Below are positions 30,344 through 40,820 of a stretch of DNA of 64,000 nt, in pieces. Each line of letters starts with the position of its first letter. Position 1 is the first letter of the stretch. The position numbers were made by a program, and so were the translations under genes. Under the pieces are notes generated by a model. The model did not search any database, was not told the DNA's origin, and saw only the letters and a program-made list of their open reading frames with translations. This DNA comes from Acidobacteriota bacterium (GTDB taxonomy: Bacteria > Acidobacteriota > UBA6911), in NCBI GenBank assembly GCA_963664705.1, contig OY761556.1, positions 3,232,001-3,296,000 on the forward strand, in the 5' to 3' direction.

Positions 30344-31283
30344 GGCCAAATTACGAATTACGAATTACGAATTACGAATGACGAATGAAGCAAATTCTAT
30401 TGCCGGACATTCGTCATTCGTAATTCGTAATTCGTAATTATTCGCTGAGGGCCCAGGCGATGGCGGCTTCGGCAAGGATCCTTGTGGTATCGATATAACC
30501 GCTTCCGCCCCGGCCTTGACCTCCCCTATAAAGGATATCCGCACTTTGTCCAACCGTGAAACGCCGGTAGCAGACAAAGATGTTCTTTCGATCGTGTTTG
30601 CGATTGCAGCGGGCTAAGGCTAAATTACGAATTACGAATGACGAATGAAGCAAATTCTATTGCCGGACATTCGTCATTCGTAATTCGTCATTCGTAATTA
30701 TTCGCTGAGGGCCTAGGCGATGGCGGCTTCGCCGAGTATCCTTGTGGTATCGATATAACCGCTTCCGCGCCTGCCTTGACCTCCCCTACAAAGGAATATC
30801 CGCACTTTGTCCAACCGTGAAACGCCGGTGGCAGACAAGGATGTCCTTTTGATCGTGTTTGCGATTGCAGGAGGCTAATGCCAAATTACGAATTACGAAT
30901 GACGAATGAAGCAAATTCTATTGCCGGACATTCGTCATTCGTAATTCGTCATTCGTAATTATTCGCTGAGGGCCCAGGCGATGGCGGCTTCGACAAGTAT
31001 CCTTGTGGTATCGATATAACCGCTTCCGCCCCGGCCTTGACCTCCCCTATAAAGGATATCCGCACTTTGTCCAACCGTGAAACGCCGGTAGCAGACAAAG
31101 ATGTCCTTTCGATCGTGTTTGCGATTGCAGCGGGCTAAGGCCAAATTACGAATTACGAATGACGAATGACGAATGAAGCAAATTCTATTGCCGGACATTC
31201 GTCATTCGTAATTCGTCATTCGTAATTATTCGCTGAGGGCCCAGGCGATGGCGGCTTCGGCAAGTATCCTTGTGGTATCGATA
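30257..31283. repeat. Tandem array of four ~260-bp units: moaD 3' end, (ATTACGA)n palindrome, racemase 3' end
   Basis: Units start AAGGATATCCGC at 30257, 30531, 30791 (with a 1-nt insertion) and 31052; they differ by scattered substitutions and heptamer count. Confidence 0.95.
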
Positions 31284-31948
31284 CTGAAGTAGCCCACCTC
31301 GTTAGGCTCAAAAGCCAATGGAACTTCCGTACACCCCAATATAACCGCTTCCGCACCTGCCTCTATCAGCCGGCGGCCGCACGATTGAAATGTTTCGCGG
31401 GTCAGCCGATTCTGCTCCCCGGCCTTAACCTGCCCTATCGCAGCATGGATCTTCTGCTGTTCGGCCTCCGATGGGATCAGCACCTCAATCCCATCCCTGG
31501 CAAAAGCGCGATGATAGATACCGCTATGCACGGTCCCCAGGGCGGCAATCAGGCCGACCTTGGTTGCATGCGGAAGAGTCCGGCGAACTTCCCGGCACGT
31601 TTCCTCTATCATATCCAGAAACGGAACAGTCACCTCGCGTTGAAGCTGCGGAAGAAAATAGTGGGCGGCATTGCATGGCATGGCAATAATCCCGGCGCCC
31701 GCTTTCTCAAGTACCCTTGCCCCTTCAATCATATATGGCAAAGGACTCTCTCCCCCTGCCGCGATGGCTTCCGTTCGATCCGGAATTTTGGGGTTTGAGT
31801 AAATAAGGACAGGGATGTGATCCTGGTCCTTAATTGCCGGAGTGAGATTAATAATATGTCGGTACAGGTCCAGAGTAGCTTCCGGCCCCATCCCTCCCAA
31901 AATTCCGACCATTCGGCCGGGAACAACGGCTTTCATAACATCTGACAT
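31226..31948 (-). CDS. Aspartate/glutamate racemase family protein
   Basis: GILGGMGPEAT, KDQDH, PCNAAH and LGCTE (two catalytic Cys); start 31948 or 31936. Confidence 0.92.
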   Translation of the reverse strand: MSDVMKAVVPGRMVGILGGMGPEATLDLYRHIINLTPAIKDQDHIPVLIYSNPKIPDRTEAIAAGGESPLPYMIEGARVLEKAGAGIIAMPCNAAHYFLPQLQREVTVPFLDMIEETCREVRRTLPHATKVGLIAALGTVHSGIYHRAFARDGIEVLIPSEAEQQKIHAAIGQVKAGEQNRLTRETFQSCGRRLIEAGAEAVILGCTEVPLAFEPNEVGYFSIDTTRILAEAAIAWALSE

Positions 31949-32279
31949 TTCATGATTATAGGACTGCCCGGCTCCGATTGCCAAAAAAGCATTTCAACCC
32001 ATCGGCCGGGCGAACGACTCCTGACCGGATCATTCCGTCGCTGCCGGGAACAGTGCAATCTGCCACCCCAAAATACCCTGTTTTTTGTTTGGCTCAAATG
32101 GCCCTAAGACCGTTATATAGTTAGCCCTGTTTTGCGCAAAGCAGGTATCAAGTGATAACTGCTTCATTAAATGCGCATTTGTGTCGATAACTATAGAGCG
32201 ATAGGCGGTGGAACCGGTCTACCCCCTCCGAAAAACCTTTTTTGGGGGAGGCGGGCCAGGGGAACCGTAAGGTAGCAAA

Positions 32280-33143
32280 TTGCTGAGCAAATTGAAAATT
32301 GTTCTGGAAATGGTGAAGGTCGAGCACACGATCTTTGCCCTTCCTTTTGCTTTTCTAGGTGCATTCTTGGCGGCTCGGGGCATTCCCCAACCGGCACAGA
32401 TTGGATGGATTTTGGTGGCAATGGTCGGTGCACGCAGTGCGGCAATGGCATTCAACCGGTTGGTGGATCTTCCGTTTGATGCCAGGAATCCGCGCACGCT
32501 CAATCGGGCACTCCCGCAGAAACTGCTTACCCGCGGTTTCGTAGCGGTGTTCATTGTTATCAGCTCGGCGATGCTGATTTTTGCAGCATCCAGGCTGAAT
32601 CGGCTGTCGCTGATCCTGAGTCCGGTGGCGCTTGCCATCGTCTTTTTTTATTCCTATACGAAGCGATTCACATGGCTGACGCACGTGTTTCTGGGCGTTT
32701 CGCTGGCTTGCGCTCCCATAGGCGCGTGGATAGCGCTGCGGGGATCTCTTTCGCTGTCACCGATTATTCTGGGGATGGCTGTTGCCCTGTGGGTAGCCGG
32801 CTTTGACGTGATCTATTCCTGCCAGGATGTCAAATTTGACCAGGGGGAAGCGCTCTATTCGATCCCAAAGCGCTTTGGAGTCGGAGCGGCACTTTGGATT
32901 GCGGCCGGACTGCATCTGGTAATGCTGGGAATCCTTGCCTTTCTTTTCTGGAGAGAAGGGTTGGGGGCCGTCAGCTATTCGGGATTGGTGCTGGTAGGGC
33001 TGCTGCTGGCCTATGAACACAGTCTTGTGAAACCGGGAGACCTGAGCCGCGCCAATACAGCGTTTTTCACAATCAACGGCTGGATCAGCATTCTGCTGTT
33101 CGTGATAACAACGATTGACTTGCTAATGAATGGGTCAAAATAA
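32280..33143 (+). CDS. UbiA-like polyprenyltransferase (MqnP-like)
   Basis: EHTIFALPF, ARSAAMAFNRLVD...DARNPRT, YSYTKRF, GFDVIYSCQD. Confidence 0.92.
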   Translation: MLSKLKIVLEMVKVEHTIFALPFAFLGAFLAARGIPQPAQIGWILVAMVGARSAAMAFNRLVDLPFDARNPRTLNRALPQKLLTRGFVAVFIVISSAMLIFAASRLNRLSLILSPVALAIVFFYSYTKRFTWLTHVFLGVSLACAPIGAWIALRGSLSLSPIILGMAVALWVAGFDVIYSCQDVKFDQGEALYSIPKRFGVGAALWIAAGLHLVMLGILAFLFWREGLGAVSYSGLVLVGLLLAYEHSLVKPGDLSRANTAFFTINGWISILLFVITTIDLLMNGSK

Positions 33144-33146
33144 GCG

Positions 33147-34880
33147 ATGCCAACGCAAATCGGCGAACTGCTGGTTAAAGAAAATTTCATAACAACGGAC
33201 CAGCTTGAAACTGCGCTGAAGCACCAACGCCAGAACGGCGGCCGTCTGGGCTCCATCCTCATCAACCTGGGATTTGTGGAAGATGATGATATTACGGCGC
33301 TGCTGAGCAAAAAATACGGCGTACCCTCGATCAACCTCACTTACTTTGAGATTGATTCGGCCGTCATCAAGCTCATCCCGGTGGAGGTGGCACAAAAGTA
33401 TATGGTGGTGCCGCTGAGCCGTGTAGGCAGCACGCTGACTGTTGCAAGCGCAGATCCGACCAATGTATTCGCCATGGACGACATCAAGTTCATGACGGGT
33501 TTCAATGTTGAACCGGTGGTTGCCAGTGAAGCCTCCATCACGGAGGCCCTGGAGAAATACTACGGCACTCCCCATTCCATTGAGTTGAAGAGAGTCTACG
33601 AGCAGATCGCCCAGGTCGACAAGGAGACCAGCGTTGATCTGGACCTCGAGGGAATCGATGACGGGAAGGAGATATCGTTAGACGAACTGCAGCGTTCCAG
33701 CGAAGACGCTCCCATCATTAAGCTCGTCAACCTGATCCTGTCGGACTCATTGAAAAAGGGCGCCAGCGATATCCATGTCGAGCCGTATGAAAAGGATTTC
33801 CGGGTCCGGTTCAGAGTGGATGGAATCCTCTACAACATGATGAATCCTCCACTGAAACTGCGCGACGCCATCATATCGCGCATCAAGATCATGGCCAAGC
33901 TGGACATCTCGGAAAAGCGGCTTCCCCAGGATGGACGCATCAAGATACGAACCACCTTTGACGGCAAAAAGAAGGAGATCGATTACCGCGTTTCCTCACT
34001 CCCGACTCTCTTTGGCGAAAAAATCGTGCTTCGTATTCTGGACAGGGATGTGCTGCCGCTGGATATGAGCAAGCTCGGGTTTGAGGAATCTTCGATGAAG
34101 AAGATCGAGACCGCCATCGCCAAACCCTACGGCATGGTTCTGGTAACGGGGCCGACGGGAAGCGGGAAAACGTCTACGCTCTATTCCGCTTTGAACAAAC
34201 TGAATACACCCGAAACCAACATCATGACCGCCGAAGATCCGGTGGAATACAACTTCCGTGGCATCAACCAGGTTCAGATCCGGGAACAGATCGGCTTGAC
34301 CTTTGCCGCGGCGCTCCGCTCTTTCCTGCGCCAGGATCCCAACATCATCCTGGTCGGGGAAATACGCGATTTCGAAACCACGGAAATTGCCATCAAGGCG
34401 GCGCTGACCGGACATCTGGTTCTTTCCAGTCTTCATACCAATGATGCGCCTTCAACCATTTCACGTCTTCTGAATATGGGAATCGAACCATTCCTGGTTG
34501 CCACTTCGGTTCATTTGATCTGCGCCCAGCGGCTGATTCGCAAAATTTGTCCCGACTGCAAAGTCGAGATCAAAACGCCCATCCAGGCCCTTACCAATGC
34601 CGGTTTTTCGCAGGAAGACGCCAAAACGGTGAGAACTTTTAAAGGCGAAGGTTGCAAGACTTGTAATGGAACTGGTTATAAGGGCCGAATCGGTATGTAT
34701 GAGGTGATGGAAATAGGAGAAGACATTCAGGAACTGATCCTTGTCGGAGCATCGGCCAGGGAAATCCGGCGTAAAGCGGTTGAAGAAGGCATGCTCACGC
34801 TCAGGCATAGTGGACTGGCAAAAATAAAGGCGGGATCAACAACCCTGGATGAGGTACTGCGCGAAACCGTCATAGCCTGA
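33147..34880 (+). CDS. pilB: Type IV pilus assembly ATPase PilB
   Basis: MshEN-like N-terminus, ASDIHVEP, GPTGSGKT, LRQDPNIILVGEIRD, tetracysteine motif. Confidence 0.97.
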   Translation: MPTQIGELLVKENFITTDQLETALKHQRQNGGRLGSILINLGFVEDDDITALLSKKYGVPSINLTYFEIDSAVIKLIPVEVAQKYMVVPLSRVGSTLTVASADPTNVFAMDDIKFMTGFNVEPVVASEASITEALEKYYGTPHSIELKRVYEQIAQVDKETSVDLDLEGIDDGKEISLDELQRSSEDAPIIKLVNLILSDSLKKGASDIHVEPYEKDFRVRFRVDGILYNMMNPPLKLRDAIISRIKIMAKLDISEKRLPQDGRIKIRTTFDGKKKEIDYRVSSLPTLFGEKIVLRILDRDVLPLDMSKLGFEESSMKKIETAIAKPYGMVLVTGPTGSGKTSTLYSALNKLNTPETNIMTAEDPVEYNFRGINQVQIREQIGLTFAAALRSFLRQDPNIILVGEIRDFETTEIAIKAALTGHLVLSSLHTNDAPSTISRLLNMGIEPFLVATSVHLICAQRLIRKICPDCKVEIKTPIQALTNAGFSQEDAKTVRTFKGEGCKTCNGTGYKGRIGMYEVMEIGEDIQELILVGASAREIRRKAVEEGMLTLRHSGLAKIKAGSTTLDEVLRETVIA

Positions 34881-34965
34881 TGAAAAGTGCAATATTTGTG
34901 AGCCCGGTTACTGCAGAAACCAGAGAATCGAAGTATTCAAAACCGTTCACCTATAGGAGAAGACG

Positions 34966-36099
34966 ATGAGCACGTTGCCCGAGATGCTCCAGAAAACCAT
35001 TCAATCCGGGGCTTCGGACTTGCATCTTACAACCAATTCCCCGGCTCAGATCCGAGTTGACGGAACGTTGCGCCCGATCGATGACCAATATCTCAACGCT
35101 GCCGATACGAAACGGCTTGCCTATAGCGTGATGACCGATGGGCAAAAGCACCAGTTCGAAGAAAAATGGGAAATAGATTTTTCCTTCGGCATCAAAGATC
35201 TGTGCCGGTTCCGCGCCAATGTGTTTACCCAGCGAGGATCCGTGGGCGCGGTATTCCGCATCATTCCATTCGAAATCAAAGGATTTGAAACCCTCAATCT
35301 GTCGCCGGTGGTGGAAAAGCTGTGCGACAAGCCGCGCGGCCTCATTCTGGTGACCGGGCCGACCGGCAGCGGAAAATCGACAACGCTGGCCGCCATGATC
35401 GACAAGATCAATCGCGAACGGCACGAGCACATCCTAACGATCGAAGATCCTATAGAGTTTCTGCACCCTCACAAAAACTGCATTGTCAACCAGAGGGAAA
35501 TCAGCGCGGACACCCACTCGTTCTCGGACGCATTGCGCGTTGCCCTCCGTGAAGATCCGGATGTTGTGCTCATCGGAGAAATGCGCGACCTTGAAACGGT
35601 AGAGTCGGCACTGCGGATTGCAGAAACCGGGCATCTTACGCTGGCCACGCTTCACACCAACAGCGCCGCCACTACGATCAACCGAATTGTTGATATCTTC
35701 CCTTCCAACCAGCAGCCGCAGATACGCGCGCAATTGAGCATGGTGCTGGAAGGGATATTATGCCAATCGCTGATTCCTCGCGCCAATGGTACGGGGCGCA
35801 GCATGGCAATGGAGATTTTGGTCCCGACCACAGCCATCCGCAACCTGATCCGTGAAGACAAGATCCATCAGATATACAGCTCCATGCAGACCGGTCAGGA
35901 AAAATATGGAATGCAGACATTCAATCAATCCCTGTCGCAGCTGGTTTTAAGCAAGCAGATCACAATGGAAGATGCTCTGAACAAATCCTCCAACGCGGAT
36001 GAATTGCAGGATCTCATTCAAAGGGGAGTCGGCACCAACGTTCAATCTGCTGCTCAGCGCATGCAGCGACTCGAGCCGGCAGGCGGTATGCATCGCTGA
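34966..36099 (+). CDS. pilT: Type IV pilus retraction ATPase PilT
   Basis: ASDLHL, GPTGSGKSTT, LREDPD, AIRNLIRE, GMQT. Confidence 0.97.
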   Translation: MSTLPEMLQKTIQSGASDLHLTTNSPAQIRVDGTLRPIDDQYLNAADTKRLAYSVMTDGQKHQFEEKWEIDFSFGIKDLCRFRANVFTQRGSVGAVFRIIPFEIKGFETLNLSPVVEKLCDKPRGLILVTGPTGSGKSTTLAAMIDKINRERHEHILTIEDPIEFLHPHKNCIVNQREISADTHSFSDALRVALREDPDVVLIGEMRDLETVESALRIAETGHLTLATLHTNSAATTINRIVDIFPSNQQPQIRAQLSMVLEGILCQSLIPRANGTGRSMAMEILVPTTAIRNLIREDKIHQIYSSMQTGQEKYGMQTFNQSLSQLVLSKQITMEDALNKSSNADELQDLIQRGVGTNVQSAAQRMQRLEPAGGMHR

Positions 36100-36117
36100 T
36101 TCTGAAAGGGTAAGGTC

Positions 36118-37329
36118 ATGCCAGTCTACGTATTTCGCGGACGAAACGTCCGAACCAACGAAAGCATCAATGGAGAACGGTTTTCAAACAGTGCCCAGGC
36201 ACTGGCGGCTGTATTGAGGAAAGAGCAGATCTCGCCTATCCAGATCCGGGAAAAGACAGCTCCTTCGTTCAGTTTTTCCTTTAAGAAGAAGGTCTCTCAA
36301 ACTGAAGTCGCCATCTTTACGCGCCAGTTTTCCGTAATGCTCGACGCCGGGCTTCCGCTGATACAGGGGCTCGATGCTATTGGGCAGCAGCACTCAAACC
36401 CGACATTCAAACAGGTCCTGGAACAGATTCGAATGGATGTGGAATCGGGCGCCACCCTGTCCGCTGCCATGTCACGCCACCCAAAGGTATTTGATTCGCT
36501 TTATACCAACATGATTGCGGCCGGCGAAACGGGCGGCATCCTGGATACAATTCTCCAGCGCCTCAGCACCTTCATTGAAAAGATCGTGAAGTTGAAGCGG
36601 GCCCTGCGCTCCGCCATGATCTACCCGGCAACCATCCTCACGGTGGCCATCGGAGTTGTGGCATTGATCCTGTGGAAGGTCATTCCCGTATTTGCAACCC
36701 TGTTCGAGGGTTTCAATGTCGAGCTTCCGCTGCTCACGCGCATTGTCATCACCCTCTCCAGGATCATGGAACACTATGCCATCTTCTTCATCGTTTTCAT
36801 CATCCTGGGCATCATCGCGTTGCGCAGTTACTACAAGACAGCTAAAGGACGACTTGTCGTGGACGGGTTCATGCTCAAGATCCCCGTGCTGGGCCAGGTT
36901 CTCCGCAAAATTGCGGTCGCCCGGTTTACCCGAACGCTTGCGACGCTGATGACGAGCGGCGTCCCGATTCTCGAAGGATTGAACATTACAGCCAAGACCT
37001 CGGGCAATGCCATCCTGGAAGAGGTCATTTACGACCTGCGCCAGAAAATCGAGGGCGGCGGAACCATGGCCGACCCGATGCGTACGTCCGGATTCTTCCC
37101 CTCCATGGTTACGCAAATGGTATCAGTCGGCGAGTCCACAGGCGAAATGGATACGATGCTTGTGAAGGTAGCGGATTATTACGAGGAAGAGGTCGACGTC
37201 GTGGTGGCAAACCTGCTGACCCTCCTGGAACCGATCATGATGGTTTTCCTGGGTGTGGTAGTGGGAGGAATTGTCATCGCCATGTACATGCCTCTGTTCA
37301 AGCTGATCCAGGTTCTTTCCGGCGGTTAG
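36118..37329 (+). CDS. pilC: Type IV pilus platform protein PilC
   Basis: FTRQFSVM..AGLP, GETGG.LD, GESTG, EP; T2SS F family. Confidence 0.95.
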   Translation: MPVYVFRGRNVRTNESINGERFSNSAQALAAVLRKEQISPIQIREKTAPSFSFSFKKKVSQTEVAIFTRQFSVMLDAGLPLIQGLDAIGQQHSNPTFKQVLEQIRMDVESGATLSAAMSRHPKVFDSLYTNMIAAGETGGILDTILQRLSTFIEKIVKLKRALRSAMIYPATILTVAIGVVALILWKVIPVFATLFEGFNVELPLLTRIVITLSRIMEHYAIFFIVFIILGIIALRSYYKTAKGRLVVDGFMLKIPVLGQVLRKIAVARFTRTLATLMTSGVPILEGLNITAKTSGNAILEEVIYDLRQKIEGGGTMADPMRTSGFFPSMVTQMVSVGESTGEMDTMLVKVADYYEEEVDVVVANLLTLLEPIMMVFLGVVVGGIVIAMYMPLFKLIQVLSGG

Positions 37330-37422
37330 AAACAGAAAGTCCCCGTGCAGTGGGATGCGATTCCCGTGTCCCACTGCCAATTCATCTTTTGAGCACAATT
37401 GCCGGTTGCCGATCAAAGGCCT

Positions 37423-39114
37423 ATGGAGTCCAACTCAGAAATTCATCCCGGCGCAACAACCAAAGATCTCAGACGACGACTGCTTGAGCTGATTGTCCTG
37501 CGCACAATCGCGCTTCTGCTGGGATTGAATTTTGCCAATCGCCTGGCCCTTCTGCCCGATCATATCAACGCCTTTCCATTTCTCAGCTTTTTCAACATAT
37601 TTGCCATTTCAGCCGCCATCCTGTTCCTTCTCCTGTGGCGGATACGCTGCAATGAAATGCTGCAGCTCTGCCTGCAGATTGCCTCCGATCTGATTCTGAC
37701 AACAATTCTCGTCGGCTATACCCATGGCATTGAAAGCCCTTTTGTCTCGTTTTACCTTCTGATCATCATTTACTGCACCCTGACACTGGGGCGAAATGGC
37801 GGCATGATAGGAGCCGCGCTGAGCATGATCTCCTATGCGGGGATCATCCTGTCCATTCAATTGCGCTACCTGTCTATTGGCGGCATCGGCGGCGATAGCA
37901 GCCAGGCAGTCTTCCGCATTGCCGCCCATGTCCTCGGATTCTGGGCCATAGCCTACCTGGGCACCTACCTTCATAAGCGCCTGAAACTCATCGAAGGCGA
38001 GCTGAAGGAAAAAATCGATTCGGTCACGCAGCTGAAGCGGCTGAACGAACACATTATCACCAGCATCCGGAGCGGCTTGATCACCACCGACCTGCATGGT
38101 TACATCGCGGTCTATAATGCGGCGGCAGGCGAGCTTACCGGGCGACCGCCCGATGAAATGCGCGATCAGCATATCCAACTGCTGATCGGGGATAGCTTCT
38201 GGGCCGAGATCCTGCAGTCCAATCTGAGCCGAAACGCAAAACCTCTGCGCCATGAGGAATGGATCGCCATGCCCAATGGCACAAAGCGCTTTTTGGGATT
38301 CAGCGTTTCTCCACTGTTTGACCAGAGCCAGGTATTGCGCGGATACATCATCTCTTTCCAGGACCTGACTGAAATCAACCGTCTGGAAGAAGAGGTTCGC
38401 CTGAAAGACCGGATGGCCGCCGTAGGCCGAATGGCGGCGGGAATTGCCCATGAGATCAGGAATCCACTGACCGCAATGCGCGGGTCGGTGGAGCTGTTGC
38501 GCTCCCGCACCAGCCTCCCGCCCAGAGATGAAAAACTTCTCGATATCCTGATTCGCGAGAGCGATCGGTTGAATCAGTTCGTTGAGGACTTTTTGAGTTA
38601 TGCCCGCCCGAGAAAGTACGAAAAAAAACCGCTGGACCTTGTTCCGGTACTGCGAGACTCCGTTACCCTTCTGCGCAACAGTCCTCAACTGCGGGAGAAT
38701 CACTCACTAAAGCTGGACATCGAGGCGCAATCGGTACACATCAGCGGCAGCATCAACCAGCTGAACCAGGTATTCTGGAATCTCTCGCAGAATGCCATCC
38801 GCGCAATGCCTGGCGGCGGAAGCCTGACCATCCGTCTGCGCAAAACTCCCCAGGATTCCGCGCAGATCATTTTTCAGGACACCGGGATCGGAATGAGTCG
38901 GGAAGAAATGGAACAGCTTTTTCAGCCATTCCATTCAGGCTTTGCCGGAGGCGTGGGGCTTGGGCTCAGCATCGTCTTTCAGATCATGGAAGATCATCAG
39001 GGGAAGATATCGTTCGAAAGTGAAAAGGGATCAGGCACGAGCGTTGTACTGAATTTCCCGCTGGAAAGCAATGCCTCCGCAGCGGAGGTCTTGGAGCAGG
39101 CCGCAAAAGGATAG
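37423..39114 (+). CDS. pilS: Sensor kinase PilS
   Basis: About 6 N-terminal TM segments, PAS, AHEIRNPL; between pilC and pilR; start approximate. Confidence 0.85.
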   Translation: MESNSEIHPGATTKDLRRRLLELIVLRTIALLLGLNFANRLALLPDHINAFPFLSFFNIFAISAAILFLLLWRIRCNEMLQLCLQIASDLILTTILVGYTHGIESPFVSFYLLIIIYCTLTLGRNGGMIGAALSMISYAGIILSIQLRYLSIGGIGGDSSQAVFRIAAHVLGFWAIAYLGTYLHKRLKLIEGELKEKIDSVTQLKRLNEHIITSIRSGLITTDLHGYIAVYNAAAGELTGRPPDEMRDQHIQLLIGDSFWAEILQSNLSRNAKPLRHEEWIAMPNGTKRFLGFSVSPLFDQSQVLRGYIISFQDLTEINRLEEEVRLKDRMAAVGRMAAGIAHEIRNPLTAMRGSVELLRSRTSLPPRDEKLLDILIRESDRLNQFVEDFLSYARPRKYEKKPLDLVPVLRDSVTLLRNSPQLRENHSLKLDIEAQSVHISGSINQLNQVFWNLSQNAIRAMPGGGSLTIRLRKTPQDSAQIIFQDTGIGMSREEMEQLFQPFHSGFAGGVGLGLSIVFQIMEDHQGKISFESEKGSGTSVVLNFPLESNASAAEVLEQAAKG

Positions 39115-39117
39115 GGT

Positions 39118-40515
39118 ATGCCAGTCATTTTAATCGTTGACGATGAGCCGAATATTATCGAGATCCTCGAAATGGTTTTGCGGGATGAAGGGATGGAAGT
39201 CCTGAGAACCGGAACCGGGCAGAGCGCCCTGTCCATTCTGCAGTCCCGTACAGTCGACGTGGTCATATCGGATATCCGCATGCCGGGCTTTTCCGGCGTG
39301 GAGCTTCTGAGGGAAGCCCGGCAGGTTTCGCCCGACACCATCTTTATCATGATGACCGCGTTTGCCAGCACCGAAACCGCGATAGAAGCGCTGCAGCACG
39401 GTGCCTACGATTACATCACCAAGCCTTTCAAAATGGATGAGCTCCGGACTATTGTCCATCGGGCTTTGAAGGAAAGACAGAGCCGGCAGCCGCAACCCGT
39501 CATCGCCGCGGATGAGATCGAGGCCCGGCAAGGCCAGAAACTGTTCCAGGCTTTGCAGGGGAGTCATGTCGTGGGCAAGAGCCCCAAAATGGTGGAGGTT
39601 TATAAAACCATCGGCACCGTTGCCATGGGGGACAGCACCGTGTTGATCACGGGAGAAAGCGGCACGGGAAAGGAACTGGTTGCCCGCGCCATTCACGAAG
39701 CCTCCAGCCGGAAGGAAAAACCGTTCGTCTCCATCAATTGCAGCGCTTTCCCGGAAACGCTGCTCGAGAGTGAATTGTTCGGTTATATGAAGGGCGCTTT
39801 TACGGGAGCCAATGCCAACAAGAAGGGACTCTTCGAGGCAGCCGGCGGCGGCTCCATCTTCCTGGACGAGATTGGAGACATGACCCCCGCGATGCAGGTA
39901 AAACTCCTGCGCGTTCTCCAGGAGCGCCAGCTGCGCCCCCTGGGCGGAACCAACGAGATCCCCATCGATGTGCGCGTGATCGCCGCTACCAACCAGGACC
40001 TTCATGAACAAATCCGCCTGGGTTCGTTTCGGGAGGATCTGTACTATAGAATCGCTGTAATCAATATCCACCTTCCGGCCTTGAGAGAGCGCTCGGAAGA
40101 TATCGGGCTGCTGTCCTTCTATTTTCTGCGCAATTATGCGGAGCATTCGGGGAAAAGAATTACCGGGATATCGCCCGAAGCTCTGAGGTGCCTTGAATCC
40201 TACAGTTGGCCGGGAAATGTGCGGCAACTGGAAAACACCATCGAGCGTGCCGTAGCATTGGAAACCAGCGCGGAAATTCGGATCGACCGTCTGCCAGACA
40301 ATGTCCGCACCCAGGCAAGCGAGATCAAAGGCGATCTCTTTACATTGCCCGAAGGCCCTTTCGATCTTGAGTCATTCCTGGCCCAGGTCGAGAGCAGTCT
40401 GATACTGCAGGCTCTTCAGCAATCCGATGGGAATCAAACGTTGACCGCACAGAAATTGAAGCTGACCAAGGGTTCGCTGCGCCACAAGCTTCACGCGCTG
40501 CAAATCAAGTATTAA
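39118..40515 (+). CDS. pilR: sigma54-dependent response regulator PilR
   Basis: REC, GESGTGKE, GAFTGA, HTH; upstream of a sigma54 pilin promoter. Confidence 0.87.
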   Translation: MPVILIVDDEPNIIEILEMVLRDEGMEVLRTGTGQSALSILQSRTVDVVISDIRMPGFSGVELLREARQVSPDTIFIMMTAFASTETAIEALQHGAYDYITKPFKMDELRTIVHRALKERQSRQPQPVIAADEIEARQGQKLFQALQGSHVVGKSPKMVEVYKTIGTVAMGDSTVLITGESGTGKELVARAIHEASSRKEKPFVSINCSAFPETLLESELFGYMKGAFTGANANKKGLFEAAGGGSIFLDEIGDMTPAMQVKLLRVLQERQLRPLGGTNEIPIDVRVIAATNQDLHEQIRLGSFREDLYYRIAVINIHLPALRERSEDIGLLSFYFLRNYAEHSGKRITGISPEALRCLESYSWPGNVRQLENTIERAVALETSAEIRIDRLPDNVRTQASEIKGDLFTLPEGPFDLESFLAQVESSLILQALQQSDGNQTLTAQKLKLTKGSLRHKLHALQIKY

Positions 40516-40526
40516 GCACGGGGGGG

Positions 40527-40820
40527 CAGAAGACAGGAGTCAGGAGACAGGAGACAGCAAATCGGACTCCGCAGATACAGCAGTTTCCGCCCCTAATCGC
40601 GGCTGGATCCGCCGCTCTCGTTTGACTAATTCCAAAATCAACTCTGTAATTCTGTCGACCCATTCCTGCCCGCGCACACAGTTCCAATATACTCCCTAGT
40701 TCCAAATCCCATACCACTTGCAGCTTGAATGCCTCTCGGTACCTTATCCTTCCCTTTCTCTCCTGACTCCTGACTCCTGTCTCCTGTCTCCTGACTCCTG
40801 TCTCCTGTCTCCTGTCTCCT
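40527..40820. repeat. Inverted heptamer arms (CAGGAGW)n ... (CTCCTGW)n around a ~200-bp spacer
   Basis: About 4 units at 40527-40557 and about 9 inverted units at 40758-40820. Confidence 0.88.

Noticed and set aside
30365-31198. Small ORFs within the array (70-79 aa)
   Set aside because: They are chimeras of antisense moaD, heptamer and racemase-tail sequence, with no RBS and no consistent frame across units.
30343-31226. CRISPR array
   Set aside because: Whole ~260-bp units repeat, there are no unique spacers, and no cas genes are present.
30257-31283. DGR template/variable repeats
   Set aside because: Differences between copies are not adenine-specific and there is no reverse transcriptase in the window.
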